Positions 61,077-64,000 of a DNA stretch of 64,000 nucleotides are shown in pieces. Position 1 is the first letter of the stretch. Each line of letters begins with the position of its first letter. The notes beneath the pieces are model-generated. The model had not been told where the DNA came from. It saw only the letters and a program-made list of their open reading frames with translations, and did not search any database. The stretch comes from Povalibacter sp. (GTDB lineage Bacteria > Pseudomonadota > Gammaproteobacteria > Steroidobacterales > Steroidobacteraceae). The position numbers were made by a program, and so were the translations under genes. The stretch is taken from positions 971-64,970 of the forward strand of contig NZ_DATDJO010000016.1 in assembly GCF_036520495.1 (NCBI RefSeq), written 5' to 3'.

Positions 61077-61934
61077 ATGTCGAAGATTCTGAAATACGCC
61101 GCAGCCGGCGCCGCAGCGTGTCTGCCTACCGGGGCAGCGCTGGCCGCCTGGGACCTGAACATGCCAGTCGGCGTCACCGAACTGAGTCGGGACATCCACG
61201 GGCTGCACATGCTGATCCTCTGGATCTGCGTGCTCATCGGAGTGGCGGTCTTCGGCGTGATGATCTACTCGATCATCAAATTCCGTCATTCGCAGGGAGC
61301 GGTGCCAGCGAAGTTCGATCACAGCACCCGCGCTGAGATCATCTGGACCACCATCCCCATCCTGATCCTGGTCGGCATGGCCATCCCCGCCGCCGAAACC
61401 CTGATCCGCATCGAGGACACCCGGAATTCGGAACTGTCCATCAAGGTGACTGGCTACCAGTGGAAGTGGCAGTACGAATACCTCGATCAAAAGGTCGATT
61501 TCTTCTCGACGTTGTCGCGCGACAGCGATGCGGCCCGCCAGCTCCACTCCGGCATCGACCCCAACACCGTCGACAACTACCTGCTGAGCGTCGACAAGCC
61601 GCTGGTCGTGCCGGTCGACACCAAGGTGCGCCTGCTGCTGACGTCCGCGGACGTGATTCACGCCTGGTGGGTGCCGACCTTCGGCATGAAGAAGGATGCA
61701 ATCCCCGGCTTCGTCAATGAAATCTGGTTCCGGGCGGATAAGGTCGGCGTGTATCGCGGCCAGTGCGCCGAGCTGTGCGGTCGCGATCACGGCTTCATGC
61801 CGATCGTCGTCGAAGTGAAGTCCAAGGAAGACTACGCAGCGTGGCTGAAGACACAGCAGGACGGCGAAGCGGCACCGGCAGCGGCACAGACGAACGAGAG
61901 CGCAACGACTGCAGTCGTTGCCAAGGCGGAGTAA
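61077..61934 (+). CDS. coxB: Cytochrome c oxidase subunit II
   Basis: Two N-terminal TM segments and the CuA site HAWWVP...CAELCGRDHGFM. Start chosen at MSKILKY (61077). Confidence 0.9.
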   Translation: MSKILKYAAAGAAACLPTGAALAAWDLNMPVGVTELSRDIHGLHMLILWICVLIGVAVFGVMIYSIIKFRHSQGAVPAKFDHSTRAEIIWTTIPILILVGMAIPAAETLIRIEDTRNSELSIKVTGYQWKWQYEYLDQKVDFFSTLSRDSDAARQLHSGIDPNTVDNYLLSVDKPLVVPVDTKVRLLLTSADVIHAWWVPTFGMKKDAIPGFVNEIWFRADKVGVYRGQCAELCGRDHGFMPIVVEVKSKEDYAAWLKTQQDGEAAPAAAQTNESATTAVVAKAE

Positions 61935-61940
61935 GAGTCA

Positions 61941-63551
61941 ATGAGCACGACACACACTCACGAAATTGCTGGTCATCAGGCCGGCGATCACGCGCACGAC
62001 GATCACGGTCCGGCCAAGGGCTGGCGCCGCTGGCTGCTGGCGACCAACCACAAGGACATCGGCACGATGTACCTGGTGTTCAGTCTGACGATGTTCTTCA
62101 TCGGCGGCGCCATGGCCATGGTCATCCGCGCCGAACTGTTCCAGCCTGGTCTGCAGCTGGTCGATCCGGGCTTCTTCAATTCCATGACGACCATGCATGC
62201 GCTGGTCATGATCTTCGGCGCCGTCATGCCGGCGTTCGTCGGTCTCGCCAACTGGATGGTGCCGCTGCAGATCGGCGCGCCGGACATGGCGCTGCCGCGC
62301 ATGAACAACTTCAGCTTCTGGATCATGCCGTTCGCGTTCGCTTTGCTGCTGGCGACGCTGTTCGTGCCTGGCGGCGCGCCGGCCGGTGGCTGGACGATGT
62401 ATCCGCCGCTGGTCCTGCAGAACGGCACGTCGTTCCCGATGCTGATCTTCGCCGTTCACCTCATGGGTGCGTCGTCGATCATGGGTGCGATCAACGTGGT
62501 GGTGACGATCATGAACATGCGCGCTCCTGGCATGTCGCTGCTGAAGATGCCGCTGTTCGTGTGGAGCTGGCTGATCACTGCGTACCTGCTGGTCGCCGTG
62601 ATGCCGGTGCTCGCAGGTGCGGTGACGATGCTGCTGACCGACCACTACGCCGGCACGACCTTCTTCCAGGCGGCGGGCGGCGGCGATCCGGTGATGTTCC
62701 AGCACATCTTCTGGTTCTTCGGGCATCCCGAGGTTTACATCATGATCCTGCCGGCCTTCGGCGTGGTCTCGGAGATCATCCCGACCTTCTCGCGCAAGCC
62801 GCTGTTCGGCTACGACGCGATGGTGTACGCGACCGCCTCGATCGCGTTCCTGTCGTTCATCGTGTGGGCGCACCACATGTTCACGGTGGGCATGCCGCTC
62901 GCCGGTCAGTTGTTCTTCATGCTCGCGACGATGCTGATCGCGGTACCGACGGGCGTGAAGGTGTTCAACTGGACTGCGACCATGTTCAAGGGCTCGATCA
63001 GTTTCGAACCGCCGATGCTGTTCGCGCTGTCGTTCCTGTTCCTGTTCACGATCGGCGGTTTCTCCGGCCTGATGCTCGCGATCGTGCCGGCCGACTTCCA
63101 GTATCACGACACCTACTTCGTGGTCGCGCACTTCCACTACGTGCTGGTGCCGGGTGCGGTGTTCGGCATCATGGCGGCGGTGTACTACTGGCTGCCGAAG
63201 TGGACCGGGCACATGTACAGCATGAAGCTCGCCAAGTGGCACTTCTGGCTGTCGACGATCTTCGTGAACGTCCTGTTCTTCCCGCAGCACTTCCTGGGTC
63301 TCGCCGGCATGCCGCGTCGTATCCCTGACTACTCCACGCAGTTCACCGACTGGAACATGGTTTCGTCGATCGGCGCGTTCGGCTTCGGTCTGTCGCAGCT
63401 GCTGTTCGCCTACATCGTGTGGCAGACGACCCGCGGCGGCGTGAAGGCTTCCGACAAGGTCTGGGATACGGCAGCACCGCACGGTCTGGAATGGACCCTG
63501 AGCTCGCCACCGCCGTATCACAGCTTCGAAGTCGCTCCTGAAGTGAAGTAA
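61941..63551 (+). CDS. ctaD: Cytochrome c oxidase subunit I
   Basis: [26 protein letters not shown] and 12 TM segments. 536 aa. Confidence 0.95.
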   Translation: MSTTHTHEIAGHQAGDHAHDDHGPAKGWRRWLLATNHKDIGTMYLVFSLTMFFIGGAMAMVIRAELFQPGLQLVDPGFFNSMTTMHALVMIFGAVMPAFVGLANWMVPLQIGAPDMALPRMNNFSFWIMPFAFALLLATLFVPGGAPAGGWTMYPPLVLQNGTSFPMLIFAVHLMGASSIMGAINVVVTIMNMRAPGMSLLKMPLFVWSWLITAYLLVAVMPVLAGAVTMLLTDHYAGTTFFQAAGGGDPVMFQHIFWFFGHPEVYIMILPAFGVVSEIIPTFSRKPLFGYDAMVYATASIAFLSFIVWAHHMFTVGMPLAGQLFFMLATMLIAVPTGVKVFNWTATMFKGSISFEPPMLFALSFLFLFTIGGFSGLMLAIVPADFQYHDTYFVVAHFHYVLVPGAVFGIMAAVYYWLPKWTGHMYSMKLAKWHFWLSTIFVNVLFFPQHFLGLAGMPRRIPDYSTQFTDWNMVSSIGAFGFGLSQLLFAYIVWQTTRGGVKASDKVWDTAAPHGLEWTLSSPPPYHSFEVAPEVK

Positions 63552-63679
63552 TGATGGCTGCTCAGATCAACGACGCAGATCGCAAGCGCGGCATCCGCAG
63601 GACAGCCCTGTGGACGTCGCTGCTGGCGCTCGCGTTCTACGTGGGATTCATCCTGCTGGGCGTGTTGAATTCGAGATGA
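63551..63679 (+). CDS. Small membrane protein between coxA and cox11 (hypothetical)
   Basis: Not in the track (42 aa): [42 protein letters not shown], with one TM segment. Its ATG overlaps the coxA stop (TAATG). Its stop lies just before the cox11 start. Confidence 0.4.
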   Translation: MMAAQINDADRKRGIRRTALWTSLLALAFYVGFILLGVLNSR

Positions 63680-63710
63680 AGCATTGAGCACCAATAAACG
63701 CAACCGCTCG

Positions 63711-64000
63711 ATGGCCCGCAACCTGTGGATCTTCGCAGCGGGCAGCTTCGCGTTCGGTTTTGCGCTCGTGCCGCTGTATCGGGTTCTCTGCGATGTCACT
63801 GGCTACGGTGACCGCTCGCAGCTCGAGCAGGCCGCGAACATCGTCGAGGCGCCGGTGCTGGATCGCGAGGTGACGGTGGAGTTCGTCTCCGCGACACCGA
63901 CGTACGGCGAGTGGGAATTTCGCCCGGAGGCTTCGAGCATCAAGGTGCAGCCGGGGCGCTTGTACGAAGCGAAGTTCTACGCGAAGAACCTGCGCTCCCA
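63711..64000 (+). CDS. ctaG: Cytochrome c oxidase assembly protein Cox11/CtaG, N-terminal part (runs off the window)
   Basis: Open frame to the window end: MARNLWIFAAGSFAFGFALVPLYRVLCDVTGYG...VTVEF...W.F.P....I.V.PG. An alternative TTG start lies at 63684. Confidence 0.8.
   Translation, partial: MARNLWIFAAGSFAFGFALVPLYRVLCDVTGYGDRSQLEQAANIVEAPVLDREVTVEFVSATPTYGEWEFRPEASSIKVQPGRLYEAKFYAKNLRS

Noticed and set aside
61763-63521. 521-aa off-frame and 527-aa antisense ORFs over coxB/coxA
   Set aside because: Extreme Arg/His/Asp/Gly composition. The coxA frame is unambiguous (GHPEVYI, HHMF).

Overview
High-GC (roughly two-thirds G+C by eye) proteobacterial chromosome segment made almost entirely of core housekeeping genes. 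The gene order is gammaproteobacterial and looks origin-proximal. On the minus strand it runs rsmG-parA-parB-(extra gene)-atpIBEFHAGDC-glmU-glmS. On the plus strand it runs rpoZ-spoT-ridA-recG-ubiA, then bioB-bioC, then DUF2244-coxB-coxA-(small ORF)-cox11. I support about 64 CDS. I saw no rRNA, tRNA, CRISPR array, IS element or transposase. Many long ORFs in the track are antisense or off-frame shadows of real genes, as expected at this GC content. Three things deserve a second look. (1) At 15.6-19.5 kb there is a tightly packed three-gene operon whose products have no visible signal peptide: a GH108-type muramidase with a PG-binding domain, a lipase-like alpha/beta hydrolase, and a TPR (DUF4071-like)-S1 serine protease. 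A convergent 254-aa orphan abuts it. This is the only accessory-looking module and a candidate uncharacterised envelope-attacking (conflict or suicide) system. (2) At least five families of 'word-built' palindromic intergenic repeats give 16 copies in 64 kb. Their arms are tandem short words: GGCTAACT, ACACGGGG, GATAGTGG/GAAAGTGG, CGGAAGTCCC, CTAGG. They sit exactly between genes, including inside the atp, par and macAB operons, and they extend several ORFs artificially. (3) Smaller items: an 80-bp island of about 22% GC after bioC, a Leu-rich mini-ORF upstream of leuA, and a natural His5/KD-repeat linker in a secreted hydrolase. All functional calls rest on motif recognition by eye. No database search was run.
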